DNA of 59,477 nt from Octopus sinensis (GCF_006345805.1 NW_021833095.1:1-59477), one strand, 5' to 3'. Positions 1-13,426 are shown, counted from the stretch's first letter. Program-made: numbers and translations. The notes: generated by a model not told the origin, from the sequence alone.

Positions 1-65
1 TCCAAAACCCTAACCACTGAGCCATGTACTTCCTCAATACTGTAGTAGTAGTAGTAGTATGATTA

Positions 66-588
66 TACTCTTTACTCTCTTTCACTTGTTTCAGTCATTT
101 TGACTGTGGGCATGCTGGAGCACCGCCTTTAGTCGAGCAAATTGACCCCGGGACTTATTCTTTGTAAGCCCAGTGCTTATTCTATCAGTCTCTTTTGCAG
201 AACTGCTAAGTTACGGGGACATAAACACACCAGCATCGGTTGTCAAGCGATGCTGGGGGACAAACACAGACACACATAGATATATATATGTCCCACTGCG
301 TGACACTTTGGGTAGGTGTCTTCCACTATAGCCCCGAGTCGACCGGAGCCTTGTGATTGAATTCGGTAGGTGGAAGTTACTGCTGTGTGTGTATGTGTGC
401 GTATAGCTGCTCAGTGCCTCTCCAAAAGAGAGAGAGAGGGATGGGCTTCTTTCAGTTTCCGTCTACCAAATCCCCTCACATGGCTTTGGTCGGTCCGAGG
501 CTATAGTAGAAGACACTTGCCCAAGGTGCCACGCAGTGGGACTGAACCCAGAACCATGTGGTTGGTAAGCAAGCTACTTACCACACAG
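66..588 (-). mobile_element. tRNA-derived SINE, family A, interrupted by an inverted family A-like fragment at ~290-440
   Basis: Reverse complement of the copy at 48402-48804 (GTAAAAGAG-type tail at 66-95; head ...gtagcttgcttaccaaccacatggttc at 550-588). Probably one of the published octopus SINE families (OK/OR1/OR2), but the name is not verified. Confidence 0.88.
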
Positions 589-1074
589 ACTATTGGTACT
601 TATTTTTTATTGACTCAGAAGAAACGAATGACCGAATTGGCTGTGTTAGGAATTGAACAGGCGTCTGTACGTCTTCCTTGTTTATTGGTGTTGTAGGGGC
701 TGGGGGCAGACCCTTACTCTTGAAACAAAGAAAGAAAAAAAAAAGATGAAAAACCTACTCATATGGAGGAATGAAAACTAAATGTTTCCATTTCTGCATT
801 CACAGTTGAGTGGGTCGTACTAGGAAAGGAAGTCGAGCTGTAAAAACAATTTCTCTCAAAATATGCAAATGTCCACATTTAAATTTTTTTGTTTGTTTGT
901 TTGTTTTGGTTTTTGGTAGTGATGTGTGGGGGGGGGGGGGGGCTGATGGCTTGAGTGGGTGGGTGGGTGGGCTAGTGGGAGGATTTTTAAAATTCTTAAA
1001 ATAACAAATAAAACGAGCAAAATAAATAGCTTCTGCTAGAATGGAAAGAGAAATAAATGAGAAAGATAGAAACA

Positions 1075-1109
<35 letters not shown>

Positions 1110-1196
1110 AGAACCTGTAAACCATGCATGGTGGCGATGGTGATGGTGGTGGTGTATTCATGTTTGTTTATTCAAAAGCATGCAAACGCACACACA

Positions 1197-1239
<43 letters not shown>

Positions 1240-1735
1240 TTATGCACATACATTCGTCTTGAATGTAATGTAAATATTTACAAAATTTCTTTACCATTGA
1301 TATGCATTATTTATTTCTAAAAGACCAAGTCAACATTCCTTTATATGATTTAAATTCTCTCCCTCAATATCTCGCAGTATCTCTCTTTCTCTCTCTTGCC
1401 CTCTCCCTGGCTCTCATCCCCTTCTCGCTCTCTCTCTCTATCACTAGTTCTCATTTGTCCTCTCTCTCTCTCTCTCTGATCTCACTGTCTCTTTCATGAA
1501 ACCATATTTTCTTGAGACATCTGAACATTCCTGTCTCAGAATTTTTGTTTTTATCACAAAACATACAGGTATATATATATATATATATATAAATATTATA
1601 TATATATATATATACACTTAATGGCTGTGCCCCAGCATGGCCACAGCTCGTGAGCTGAAACTAGATGAAAAAAAATACTTATGTGCACACGTGTGTATAT
1701 ATGTGTGTGTGTCTGTGTATATTTATGTGGGTCTG

Positions 1736-1776
<41 letters not shown>

Positions 1777-1834
1777 GTGTGTGTGTGTGTCTGTCTATCT
1801 ATCTATCTATCAAAATATATAGATAAATAGTCAG

Positions 1835-2285
1835 AAAGAAGAGGCCCCCATGGTAGGTCCCACACTAGATGGTTGGGTGTGATTAACCCTCTTGAGACAC
1901 CTAGGCTGATTGATTAACCCAAGTGATATCAGCTAAAAGGACTTTGTGGCCAATCCATTGGCCAGATGGAATAAATATTATGAGTGGTTGGTTTTGAAGT
2001 GGAATAGCCAATCAGAGATCAACTTTCAGTAGATCTACCCCAATAGAAAAAGTATTTTGGTCTTTTGGGCTACACACACCAAAACACTGCGTCTCGAAAG
2101 GTTTAAGGAAGCTCTCCAGAGGCTCAAAGACATCTTGGAGGATGCAGAGGGGCCGACATGGGGCCACCAGCGATGAGAGCACTGGTGGACTTGATTGGTT
2201 CCATGCATGATGACACATCTGGAACCACCCACCTGGGATGATCGTAGCGCTCGTCAAGCAGCAGCATGGAGCAAGCATGTGCGTG
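1835..2285 (+). pseudogene. Possible highly decayed RTE-like LINE 3' coding remnant
   Basis: Broken-frame translations give RRGPHGRSHTRWLGVI, KYFGLLG and DDRSARQAAAW, loosely like RTE ORF C-terminal motifs (R.RGRP..RW.D, LKYFGH, DR..WR). Contains stops and frameshifts. Confidence 0.3.
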
Positions 2286-2885
2286 TGTTCATAAATTACT
2301 ATTTAGCCATTGATGGATACAGAAGTTCTGCAGTTTTTTTCCCAGTCACTGACAACTGGTGTAGCCTTGATATAGCCATACTTAGGAATAGGACAAAAAT
2401 TTAAAAAGACAAAACCTGCTAAACACATTCAAGTGACATTGACTATATCTACTGTATAGATCTTAAAAGGTTTCTTATTTCTATATACTCATTTGTGCCT
2501 GTGTGTGTATAATACATATACACACACAGGCACCCACACTCATATATATATATATATAATATAATATATATATATTATATATATATATATATTATATATA
2601 TATGGGTCGAATGCCACGCAATCCACTTCCAAGTATATATATATATATATACACATACATAGACATGCTTATACATTTAATATATACATATATACATTAT
2701 CAGCATGGAGAACAGACGTTAAATTATGATGATATGAACATTTATACATACAAATATATGTATGCACACATAAATATATACACATATATATATATACTTG
2801 CACATGTATATACAACTGTCATATACATGTACACATACTTCTATACATTCGCTATCTAAAGTATCAATCTATACATACATACATG

Positions 2886-2921
<36 letters not shown>

Positions 2922-3659
2922 AACATACATACACACACACATGCATTCATATATATATGTACATATACACACAGTGTTACTTTGGCAGTATTTGTAAATA
3001 TACACGATAAGTATATAGAAAGTAATTCTACTGTGTGTATATTATATTTCTGTTTCGTTGGTTCTTTAGCTAAGGAACATGTCGAGAGTTTGTAATTTGT
3101 GGGTGTATATAGTTGTGTAGTATATCATCAAATAACAAAGGTGGCTTTCACTTCATTTCACTTACATTCCTATACACACACACACACACACACTCATATT
3201 TATATATATATATAGATATATATATGTATATATATATATGTATGTGTGTGTATATATTTATATATATATAGATATATATATATGTTTTTTTTTTTCTCCA
3301 GATTTTCAACAATGGTGATATTCTAGTGGTTTCAGAGAGAAACCATTCTTTGGGAATTTGAGTTGTGAATTTATTAGTTCTTTGAAGAAAGGATGTTTAA
3401 AATCCGTGTCTCAAACATATACATAACTGTAACATATAAACACAAACATACATGTTCTCACGCATGACTGTATAATTCCTCACCTCCTCCAAACCATTAT
3501 TTATCATCATCATCATCATAGTTACCATCATCATCATCATCATCATCATAAAGGCTGTACCTTTGCTGAATCGTGTCAGACAGAAAGCTCTGTGGCATTT
3601 CTTCCAGTTATATTTGTTTTCTGAGTTCATATTCCACTGTGCCTTTTTATCATTTCTCA

Positions 3660-4085
3660 TCATCCTCATCATTGTTTAGCGTTCGCTTTCCATGCTAGCA
3701 TGGGTTGAACGGTTTAACTGGGGTCTGGGAAGCCAGGAGGCTGCACCAGGCTCCAGTCTGATCTGGCAAGGTTTCTACGGCTGGATGCCCTTCCTAACGC
3801 CAACCACTCTGTGAGTGTAGTGGGTGCGTTTTACGTGCCACCGACACAGGTGCCAGATGAGCCTGGCAAACGACCACGATCGGTTGGTGCTTTTTACGTG
3901 CCACCAGCACGGAGGCCAGACGAGGCTGGCAACGGCCATGATCGGATGGTGCTTTTTACGTGCCACCGACACTGAAGCCTGTCAGGGCGGCACTGGCAAT
4001 GGCCACGTTCGGATGGTTCTCTTACGTGCCACCGGTGCTGGTATCACAGCTACAATTTCCATTGATGTATACAATTTCCATTGAT
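3660..4085 (-). mobile_element. Non-autonomous retroelement, family C, with (GAT)n tail and 4 internal ~62-bp repeats
   Basis: Minus strand ends ...gcatggaaagcgaacgctaaacaatgatgag and carries gttggcgttaggaagggcatccagccgtagaaac. The internal repeat ttttacgtgccacc recurs at ~3830, 3893, 3955 and 4022. Homologous copies at 6957, 10220, 21715, 29765 and 33715. Confidence 0.85.
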
Positions 4086-4189
4086 TTCATAAAATAACTA
4101 CCATTTAGGTACTGGTGGGGTGGTGTAAATGAATTTCCCTTCCCCTTAAAATTATTGATCTAGTACCAAAATCAGAAAGAATTATTGCC

Positions 4190-4660
4190 TTTGCTGAGCT
4201 GGCTGAATTGTTAGCACGCTGGGCAAAATGATTCGCGGCATTTCATCCATCCTAACATTCTGACTTCAAATTCTGCTGGGGGTCAACTTTGCCTTGCATC
4301 CTTTTGAGGTCATTAATACAAGTAACAGTAGAGCACTTTTTTATTCCTTCTCGAGCCATGCCTGGCTCATAAGGGCCGGTTTCCCGGTTTCTTTGGCGTA
4401 TAGGTTCCCCATCTTGACAGGATGCCGGTCTGTTGCAGGTGAGCTGCAAGATGCAGGAGAAAAGAGTGAGAGAAAGTTGTGGCGAAAGAGTCAGCAGAGG
4501 TTCGCCATTACCTTCTGCTGGAGCCGCGTGGAGCTTAGGTGTTTTCGCTCATAAACACACACATCACCCGGTTTGAGATTCAAACCCGCGATCCCTCGAC
4601 CGCGAGTCTGCTGCTCTAACCACTAGGCCATGTGCCTCCACAAGTAGAGCACATGGGTCA
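4190..4660 (+). mobile_element. Old family B SINE interrupted by the family E insertion
   Basis: gagctggctgaattgttagcacgctgggc...ctttgccttgcatccttttgaggtc...cagtagagcac, resuming as atgggtca after the insert. Matches the copy at 40931. Confidence 0.75.
4337..4642 (-). mobile_element. tRNA-derived SINE, family E, full length with 10-bp target-site duplication
   Basis: Minus-strand head tgtggaggcacatggcctagtggttagagc (A box) ...gggtttgaatc (B box) and A-rich tail. TSD agtagagcac at 4327-4336 and 4643-4652. Confidence 0.88.
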
Positions 4661-4696
4661 TTATTATTATTATTAGTAGTAGTAGTAGTAGTAGTA

Positions 4697-4975
4697 AGGC
4701 GGCGAGCTGGTAGAATCGTTAGCATGATGGATGAAATACTTAGCAGTATTTTGCCCATCACTCTGTTCTGAGTTCAAATTCTGCCAAGGAGGATTTTTGC
4801 CTTTCATCCTTTTGGGGTCGATAAATTAAGTACCAGTTGAAGACAGGGGGTCGATGTAATCAACCTAGTCCCCTCCCCCAAAATTGCTGCCCTTCTGGCA
4901 AAATTTGAAACCATTATTATTAGTAGTAGTAGTTTTCCCCCAAAATTGCTGCCCTTCTGGCAAAATTTTAAACCA
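4697..4975 (+). mobile_element. Family B SINE (variant tail) with duplicated 3' end
   Basis: aaggcggcgagctggtagaatcgttagc...gagttcaaattc...ttgcctttcatccttttggggtcgataaattaagtacc. The tail cccccaaaattgctgcccttctggcaaaattt occurs twice (~4875 and ~4937). Confidence 0.85.
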
Positions 4976-5484
4976 TTCTTATTAGTAGTAGTAGCAGCAA
5001 GAGTGATAGTAGTAGTAGTAGTAGTAGTAATCATCTTTGTGTGGTCTGTAATGCATATCCACTAATGGGTATATATGTTAGTTAATTATACCACACATAA
5101 CATACTAAGCCACACACACACAAGTTCTGCCTCTCTTACACACACTCACACATACACACACACACACTGCCTGTATTTGTCTGTACGCATGTATGTGTTA
5201 TATAAAAACACTTGTTATGTTTAATATATCTTGAAAACTGGTTTCAGTTGATATCAAACTGTGACTGTGTCAGCGAGAGAGAACAGAGAGAGAACGTTTA
5301 TCTCACTATCTACTAAATACAGTATTTCTCCAAATGCTGACTGATTCCACTCTCTTCCCCACCTCTCTCTCTCTCTCTCTTTCGCTTCTTGACTCTCTCT
5401 CTCTCTCTCTCTCTCTCAGTCTCTATTCTTCTCTCTTCCTTATATTTTTCCTCACCCTTTCTTTATCTTCCTCTCTTCAGCTTG

Positions 5485-5531
<47 letters not shown>

Positions 5532-6071
5532 TACATACATATATATATATATGTATTTAAAGCTAATACAGACTCCCTATGTCTTGCCCCACCCTTTCTT
5601 CCCAGCTCTCTCTCTCTCTCTTTGAAGCTCTTGTTTATTCCTCTCTCTTTCTTAAATTTGTTTTTTCTTTTTTTTTTTTGCTTTTTCTTTTATCTTTCTC
5701 TGTCCAGTTAGTTGAAAAGAGAAAAAAAAAAATATTTAAGACTAATACAGTATCCCTCTCTCTCTTCTCTTCTCTTTCTCTCTCCACACATTCTACCTTC
5801 TGTCTCTCTCTCTCTCTCTCTCTCCCCCTCTCTCATATGGCCCAACTGTTGCAGATTCAATTCCAACAGAGCACAAGTGATGAGGGATAAATCTAAACAA
5901 CATACTAACCTAATTTCGGTTATTATATACCCCAAATATACTGCCGCTTGTTGTTATTAATACCACGGCCACCACTACGATTACTACTACTACTACTACT
6001 ACTTTGGTGACACCAAGAAACTTATATTTTTCTACTATATTACCTCCTTCCACTACCAGCACTGCAATTAT

Positions 6072-6290
6072 GAACCAACAAGTCATCCACTACATGGTTG
6101 CTGAACATGTATGAAATAACCACCAAATCTTCCTCAAATAACACTCAAATCATGTTAAAATATAAAAAAAAATGTGGCATGTCAGATAATATGGTGTTAG
6201 GTTCCCTGTATATAGGAATAGATGGAATGGCCCTGGCTGGAATGTCTTTGACCATAGGTTTGCATTATCAAAGCTGACTGCCACACCTTG
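6072..6290 (+). mobile_element. Degenerate dispersed repeat, family F
   Basis: Shares ccaaatcttcctcaaat and ggaatggccctggctggaatg with 25530-25740, 43150-43280 (-), 45563-45680, 51430-51520 and 52000-52080. Confidence 0.55.
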
Positions 6291-6307
6291 TACCAAGCAT
6301 TCTGCCA

Positions 6308-6667
6308 CAGAGCATGAGTGGTTTAAGAAGTTTACTTCCCAACCACATGGTTCTGGGTTCAGTCCCACTGCATGGCACCTTGGGCAAGTGTTTTCTATTA
6401 TAGCTTCAGGCTGACAAAAGCCTTGTGAGTGCATTTGGTAGACAGAAACTGAAAGAAGCCCATCGTATATACATGTATATGTGTGTGTCTGTGTTTGTCC
6501 CCGGTGTGTTCACGTCCCCGTAACTTTGCTGTTCGGCCAGAGAGACCAATAGAATAAGTACTAGGCTTACAGAGAATAAGTCCTGGGGTCGGTTTGCTCA
6601 ACTAAAGGTGGTGCTCCAGCATGGCTGCAGTCAAATGACTGAAACAAGTAAAAGAGTAAAAGAGTAA
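6308..6667 (+). mobile_element. Family A SINE, near full length
   Basis: ccaaccacatggttctgggttcagtcccactgcatggcaccttgggcaagtg...ctggggtcggtttgctc...gaaacaagtaaaagagtaaaagag. Confidence 0.9.
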
Positions 6668-6851
6668 GTGGAAGAAACTGCTTTGTGACTTTTCTTGCTT
6701 CTCTTTACATCCAGAGTTTAAATTCTGCCATAGTTGGCTTTATCTTTGATCCCTTCTTGTATTCATAAAGTACCAGTTGAGTACTGGGGCCAATGTTATC
6801 AATCTACATCTCCCCATAAAATTGCTGGCCCAGTGCCAAATTTTGAAACCA
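6668..6851 (+). mobile_element. Old family B SINE
   Basis: gagtttaaattctgcc...taaagtaccagttgagtactgggg...aaaattgctggcccagtgccaaattttgaaacca. Confidence 0.65.
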
Positions 6852-6917
6852 ATATATTTGATTCTATTACAATATATATAAAAATAAATATACATATATA
6901 CATGGATATATGCATAT

Positions 6918-6956
<39 letters not shown>

Positions 6957-6959
<3 letters not shown>

Positions 6960-7120
6960 TCATCATCATCATCGTTTAACGTCCGCTTTCCATGCTAGCA
7001 TGGGTTGGATGATTTGACTGAGGTTTGGCGAACCAGATGGCTGCACCAGGTTCCACTCTTGATCTGGCAGAGTTTCTACAGCTGGATGCCCTTCCTAATG
7101 CCAACCACTCTGTGAGTGTA
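6957..7120 (-). mobile_element. Family C element, 3' fragment
   Basis: (CAT)n then cgtttaacgtccgctttccatgctagcatggg...ctggatgcccttcctaatgccaaccac. Confidence 0.85.
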
Positions 7121-7264
7121 GTATACATATATATATATATATATATACATATACACACACACACACGAATACATACATAATATATAGTGAGATTTCATTA
7201 AGACTATTACTAAACGGCAAACAAACACTCTATAAAATATATATATACGTGTATATATAATATA

Positions 7265-7297
<33 letters not shown>

Positions 7298-7443
7298 TGC
7301 ATGAATATGTAAATAATATATACACATGCAAAAAGCATGCTTGTACAAAGACATGTTTATTGGTATTATTGGTATATATAAATGTATATATATTCATATA
7401 CATGCATATATATATGCATATCCGTATGCATACATCTGTGTAT

Positions 7444-7476
<33 letters not shown>

Positions 7477-7900
7477 CACATGCATATATTTCAGTGTAAC
7501 ATAAATGTTCTTTCTTCTCTTGAAGAAATGAAAACATATTGCACAAATTACGAAGCAATAAATTTCGTCTGTGATTAAACATTATGGGAAAATCTTTTGC
7601 CAGAAAAAAAAAAAAACGTTATTAATTATTTAATTGCATACAAACAAATTCTTTAATTTTAATCTTCCTTCTTTTCATTTCTTTGTTCCATACATTTGGC
7701 TCCTTACCCTCACCTTTCTATTCAATAATATTTTATCTTTGCCTTCCTCTATCTCTTCAAAAATTCTTATATGCCTCTGTGTGTGTGTATATATATATAT
7801 TTATATACATACATGTAACTAAGCATACATAAATAGAACTATTCATATATTTGTGTCTCTGTAGTTAAATGTGAATATTTATAAATTTGCCTGGCTCAAC

Positions 7901-7933
<33 letters not shown>

Positions 7934-8207
7934 CTCACACACATTTGCGTGTATGTGTATTTATGGAAATATATATCACTACACACATACATACACACAA
8001 GCTCATGCAGGACTATAAAGATATATATATATATATATATATATCTGTGTGTGTGTATACATATGTAAATAATACATAAAAATATATGCATATATATATA
8101 TATATATTCTAATATTTTTATTTATGCATAACGGTGTGTTTGTATACATATATAATATATATGCATACACACATATGGGTGTATATATCTGTATAATTTT
8201 ATGTGTA

Positions 8208-8246
<39 letters not shown>

Positions 8247-8569
8247 TGTATGCATGAAAAAGGAGAGAAAAAGTAATATGCGGACTATTATCGATACTTG
8301 ATAAAATTAAGCCATGCATGCATAAAGGGGGTGGTTCTTCAGATAAATGGATTAGTTATATAATCCGTTACAATAAGGAGTCGACGCTCCACCTTGCACC
8401 CCTCCCATACCGCTGTGCCACCGACTATGCTATTTTTTTTATTTATTTTTATTTGTTTTTCTTTCTGTATTTTTTTTGTTGTTGCCACTGATGTCAGTAG
8501 AGGTGATTATAATGCTCAAGACCTGGAAATGACACTTACATATGCATATACACATGCATACAGATATAT

Positions 8570-8930
8570 ATGTACATAGATATATAATATATATATATAT
8601 GTATGCATTCATATATATATATATATATATATATATGTATACATGCATATATATATGTATACATGCATATATATATGTATACATGCATATATATATATGT
8701 ATATATGCATATATATATATGTATACATGCATATATATATATGTATACATGCATATATATATATGTTTATATGCATATATATATATGTATATATGCATAT
8801 ATATATATATGCATATATATATATATATATGTGTGTATATATATATATATATTGTATATATGCATATGTATATATGCATTTATATATATATATGTATATA
8901 TGTATATATGCATATATATATATATATATA
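8570..8930. repeat. Compound (TA)n/TACATGCA microsatellite
   Basis: Repeated atatatatgtatacatgc units embedded in TA runs. Confidence 0.9.
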
Positions 8931-9252
8931 CCCACATGTACACGAGTGTGTATATATTTATTTATCCATGCATTTAGATGTGTGTTAGGGTACATACAGA
9001 TATGCAGATGCGGTGCTGAATATGCAAATGCTTCGGCACATATGCTCACGCTCACCGATGGAGGCACACATTCACACACATGTGCATGTACGCTTACATA
9101 CACATACCACACATGTAATTGAACCCCCCCCTGCCTCTTTATATAGCATGCGGACATACACATATACACACATACATATGTATACAGACACCTCTATACA
9201 CATATATATATATATATACACACATATTTGCATACACTTGCAGACATGTACT

Positions 9253-9288
<36 letters not shown>

Positions 9289-9585
9289 CACACATGTATG
9301 AGATTGAGCTGATAACACATTAAGCGAGGTTATCTTGTGTAGATGCAATATGGAGTACAATGGCAAAATACATTTCTTCATGTTGTTGTTGTCGCCGTTA
9401 TTCAACATTAAACCATAAGTAGATGGTAAAGAACGATAACTGCTGCTGTGGCTTACGCTTCCTTTTTCCTCATCCTTGCTTTGAAGCGAACAAAAAGATT
9501 AAAAAAAAACAACTACAAAAACAGACGAAAAAATCTCCCCCAAAAATACAAATATGCATGAATGTGTATGTATATATGTATGCAT

Positions 9586-9631
<46 letters not shown>

Positions 9632-10099
9632 TCATACACACAGAGGCACATATTTATATATGTATGTGTATGCTAGGACTGAAAGGAAGAGAGAGATGTA
9701 CAGTCTCTGCAATTTGGCTTTATGCGTATCCAATATGAAACACGAATGATGAATAAATAGATGGAATAACTTGGTTATGTTGTGACATAGAAGGATTGTT
9801 GCTTTGTGTTTGTTGTTTGTGATGCCATGTTGTTTTCATATCATTATTATTATTATTATTATATTATTATTGTTGTTGTAGTTGTTATTATTACTATCAT
9901 AATCATCATTATTATTATTGTTGTTATTACTATCATCATTATTATCATTATTATTATTATTATCATCATCATTATTAGTAGTATTATTCAATTGTGAATA
10001 TGAATAATGTTATTGAATTGTGGTGGTGCTGGTGATTATAATGGTGAAAAGTCCGTTAATTGTGTATATAATGTTATAGGATTTTATATCTGTATATAT

Positions 10100-10171
10100 C
10101 ATCACCATCGTCATCATCATTTAACATCCGTTTTCCATGCTAGCATGGATTGGAAGGAGTATGAGTTGCAC

Positions 10172-10212
<41 letters not shown>

Positions 10213-10455
10213 TATCATCCACATCATTGTTTAACGTCCACTTGCCATGCTAGCATGGGTTGGATGGTTCAACTGGGGTCTGGGAAGCCAGAAGGCTGCA
10301 CCAGGCTCCAGTTTGATCTGGCAGTGTTTCTACAGCTGGATGCCCTTCCTAACGCCAACCACTCCGTGAGTGTAGTGGGTGCTTTTTACGTACCACCAGC
10401 ACAGGTGCCAGACGAGGCTGGCAACGGCCACAATCGGATGGTGCTTTTTACGTGC

Positions 10456-10457
<2 letters not shown>
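10100..10457 (-). mobile_element. Two family C 3' fragments (10100-10150 and 10220-10457) separated by (TA)n
   Basis: catcatttaacatccgttttccatgctagcatgg, then cattgtttaacgtccacttgccatgctagcatggg...gtgctttttacgtgccac. Confidence 0.85.
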
Positions 10458-10486
<29 letters not shown>

Positions 10487-11317
10487 TGTCTATTAATGTG
10501 TGTGTATAATTGTGTATAGGATGCTATTGATTTATTTGGATGGAAAGAAAAGGCATGGGATGTTGAGACAATGATGCCCTTTCCAGTGAACATGTTGGCA
10601 TTAATTGGAATAATTACTCAATGATGGCAAAGGTTGTCGATGGTGGCAATGAAGGGAAATCTTAAGTGTACATTGTTGTTATTCTCTCATGTTCAGAGAA
10701 AAGTTATGTGATGTAGAGACATTAATGCTTTTCCAGGAATTTCTATGTATGGAGCTATATAGAATTACTTGTGTACAGGATACTTTTTATCTTGTACCAG
10801 CATTGGAGCTTTTTAATGTAGCAGCAGCATCAGTGGGGTTGCCAAGTCGCTTGTGGAATGAACACCTCCCAACTGAGTGAGGGAGTAGAACTACAAGAAA
10901 TGGCTTTATGCCAGGTGAGGGGATCGAGTATAAGGGTGGGGTAAAAATAGGTGTCTTACTACAGAGGAGATACTTGGCTACCCCAGTAGGAAAAAAGTGG
11001 AGAGGAAGGAGAGATAGAGTTGTATACATATAATGTATACACTCTCACAAACACATATCACAATAAGTCTTGGGTATGTGTTGATATCACAGTGCTCAAC
11101 AATATAAAGTAGAGCTACAATAGTATACTTTAGTATAGAGGTAAGGAAATACACCCAAAAATACATTTGAAAACACTTGGAACAATGAACACCCCCCACC
11201 CACCCACCCACACATGCACACAGTTATTTTTTATTGAAACAACAATCCGTATACTCTACATCATGTGTTGAGCACTCTTTTTTTCATTCATTTGACTTAA
11301 AGTAAAATACATACACA

Positions 11318-11730
11318 CTGTGTGGTAAGTAGCTTGCTAACCAACCACATGGTTCCAGGTTCAGTCCCACTGCATGGCATCTTGGGCAAGTGTCTTCTGC
11401 TATAGCCCCGGGCCGACCAATGCCTTGTGAGTGGATTTGGTAGACGGAAACTGAAAGAAGCCTGTCGTATATATGTATATATATATATGTATGTGTGTGT
11501 GTGTCTGTGTGACTGTGTTTGTCCCCCTAGCATTGCTTGACAACCGATGCTGGTGTGTGTTTACGTCCCCGTCACTTTGCGGTTCGACAAAAAGAGACCG
11601 ATAGAATAAGTACTGGGCTTACAAAAAGAATAAGTCCCGGGGGGTCGATTTACTCGACTAAAGGCGGTGGTGCTCCAGCATGGCCGCAGTCAAATGACTG
11701 AAACCAGTAATAGAGAGAGTAAAGAGAGTA
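11318..11730 (+). mobile_element. Family A SINE, near full length
   Basis: ctgtgtggtaagtagcttgctaaccaaccacatggttccaggttcagtccc...gactaaaggcggtggtgctccagcatggccgcagtc...gtaaagagag. Confidence 0.92.
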
Positions 11731-12835
11731 TATGCATACACACACTGAAAGTCACACGTCTCTTCTTGCTCTTTACCATGGTTCCTATTTTCAGTGTTTG
11801 CTTTCACTCGGCATCTCTCTCTCTCTTTCTCTCGATCCTTCGTCGTTTATTAGAGCTTCTCAGTTTCAGCTCGCTATCTGACACTGAGCGAGTTTTTACA
11901 TTTCCATTTTGTCTTCATTTTTATCATCATCATCATCATCATTATTATCATTATTTTTAATGATGCAATGAATCTTTCGGATGTGTTTTGTTACTAAATA
12001 TGATTGATTGCTTTTATCATTATTATTATTATTATTTATTATTATTTTTTTTATTTTATATCTAATCAAGTATTTTTGTTATAATTTTCACTCATTTTTT
12101 TTAGTAGCTCTTTTTTTTTTCGTGATTTTTGGATTCTTGTCAGTCATTCTATCATTATCGTCTTTTCTTTTCCTTTAATAAATTGCGTGTTTTGATATCA
12201 TGTGTATGTGTGAGTGTAAATATTTCTTTGTTTTCTGTTGCTGTTGTTATTATTCTCATTAATAATAATCATCTTGATTTTTAAAGTTCTCTTAATTTAT
12301 CAGATATATTTATCAGTTAAGATATGAAATGAGCTGTCATGATTTGCCTGCAACTATTTCTCATTAGCACTTTGAAATAATCATAATAATAATAATAACA
12401 ATAATAATAATAACAACAATAATAATAATAATAATAATAGTGATGATAATAATAATAATAATAATAATAATAATGGAATGACTGCAAAATAAGAAGTCTT
12501 CATGTTTTGATAAAGAGCATCAATATTCTGTCTAGATAGATATTATTTTTGCGTTGAATGGATTGATATTAGTAAGATATTCATAAATATATCATCAATG
12601 ATATTATTTTGTGTAGGAAGGAGACAACGTTAGTTTTTCTCTTTAAAGAGAATCCTGTATATGTAATTTTAAGGAAGGTAGAACCACTACAGGTGATAAG
12701 GCACTAAATAGGTTCCGTTAATAAAGATATTCATACACACACACACACACACACATGCATATTTCCTTTTTTGGAATGTTAGATCTTGGAGCAGACAAAC
12801 TATAAAACAACAGCATGTGATTATTCAGTTTAAAA

Positions 12836-13392
12836 CCCTTTTGTTACTGTATTTATTTTGAGATGCTCTGTGTTTCTTTCAATTACTTGAAATATAACAA
12901 AGAATTTAATAAAATAACTTAGTTATCATTCAGCTAATGTTAGGAACATAAAATGTGACTAAGGTTTGGTGGAAGATTTTACTTCAACACTTATGAAAAC
13001 AAGACATTTGTTACCATATCTCTGTTGAGATGCTTTGTGTTTCTTTCAATTACTTGAAATATAACAAAAAATTTAGTAAAATAACTTACTTATCGTTCAG
13101 CCAGTGTTAGGGATATAAATTGTGACTAAGGTTTGGTGGAAGATTTTAATTTAAAACTTATGAAAACAAGACATTTGTTACCCATATTTCTGTTGAGATG
13201 TTCTGTGTTTCTTTCAATTAGTTTTAATTATAACTAAGAATTTATTAAAATAACTTTGTTATCATTAAGCTAGTGTTAGGAACATAAATTGTGACTAAGG
13301 TTTGGTGGGAGATTTTAATTAAAAACTTATGAAAACAAGACATTTGTACTACAGAGCCAGAGCGGGTTTCAGCCAGCTTGGTAACGAAAGGG
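12836..13392. mobile_element. piggyBac-like MITE with three internal ~167-bp tandem repeats
   Basis: Left end cccttttgttac (12836) and right end gtaacgaaaggg followed by TTAA (13393-13396). Left flank is taaaa (degenerate TTAA). Internal units start at ~12841, 13008 and 13175. Confidence 0.75.
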
Positions 13393-13426
13393 TTAAAAAT
13401 CCTCATGGTATTGACAGCTTCAATAA

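Noticed and set aside
925-985. G-quadruplex-like G run and (GGGT)n
   Set aside because: Simple-repeat G tracts are frequent in this sequence and nothing indicates function.
4560-4642. tRNA-like sequences with A and B boxes (also at 34150, 40931 and 48402)
   Set aside because: They are SINE heads that continue into repeat bodies, some with TSDs. I could not fold complete cloverleaves.
10510-11010. Complex unique-looking segment as a host exon or LINE ORF1 remnant
   Set aside because: The frames I translated are interrupted by stops and show only a vague resemblance to LINE ORF1. Needs a translated search.
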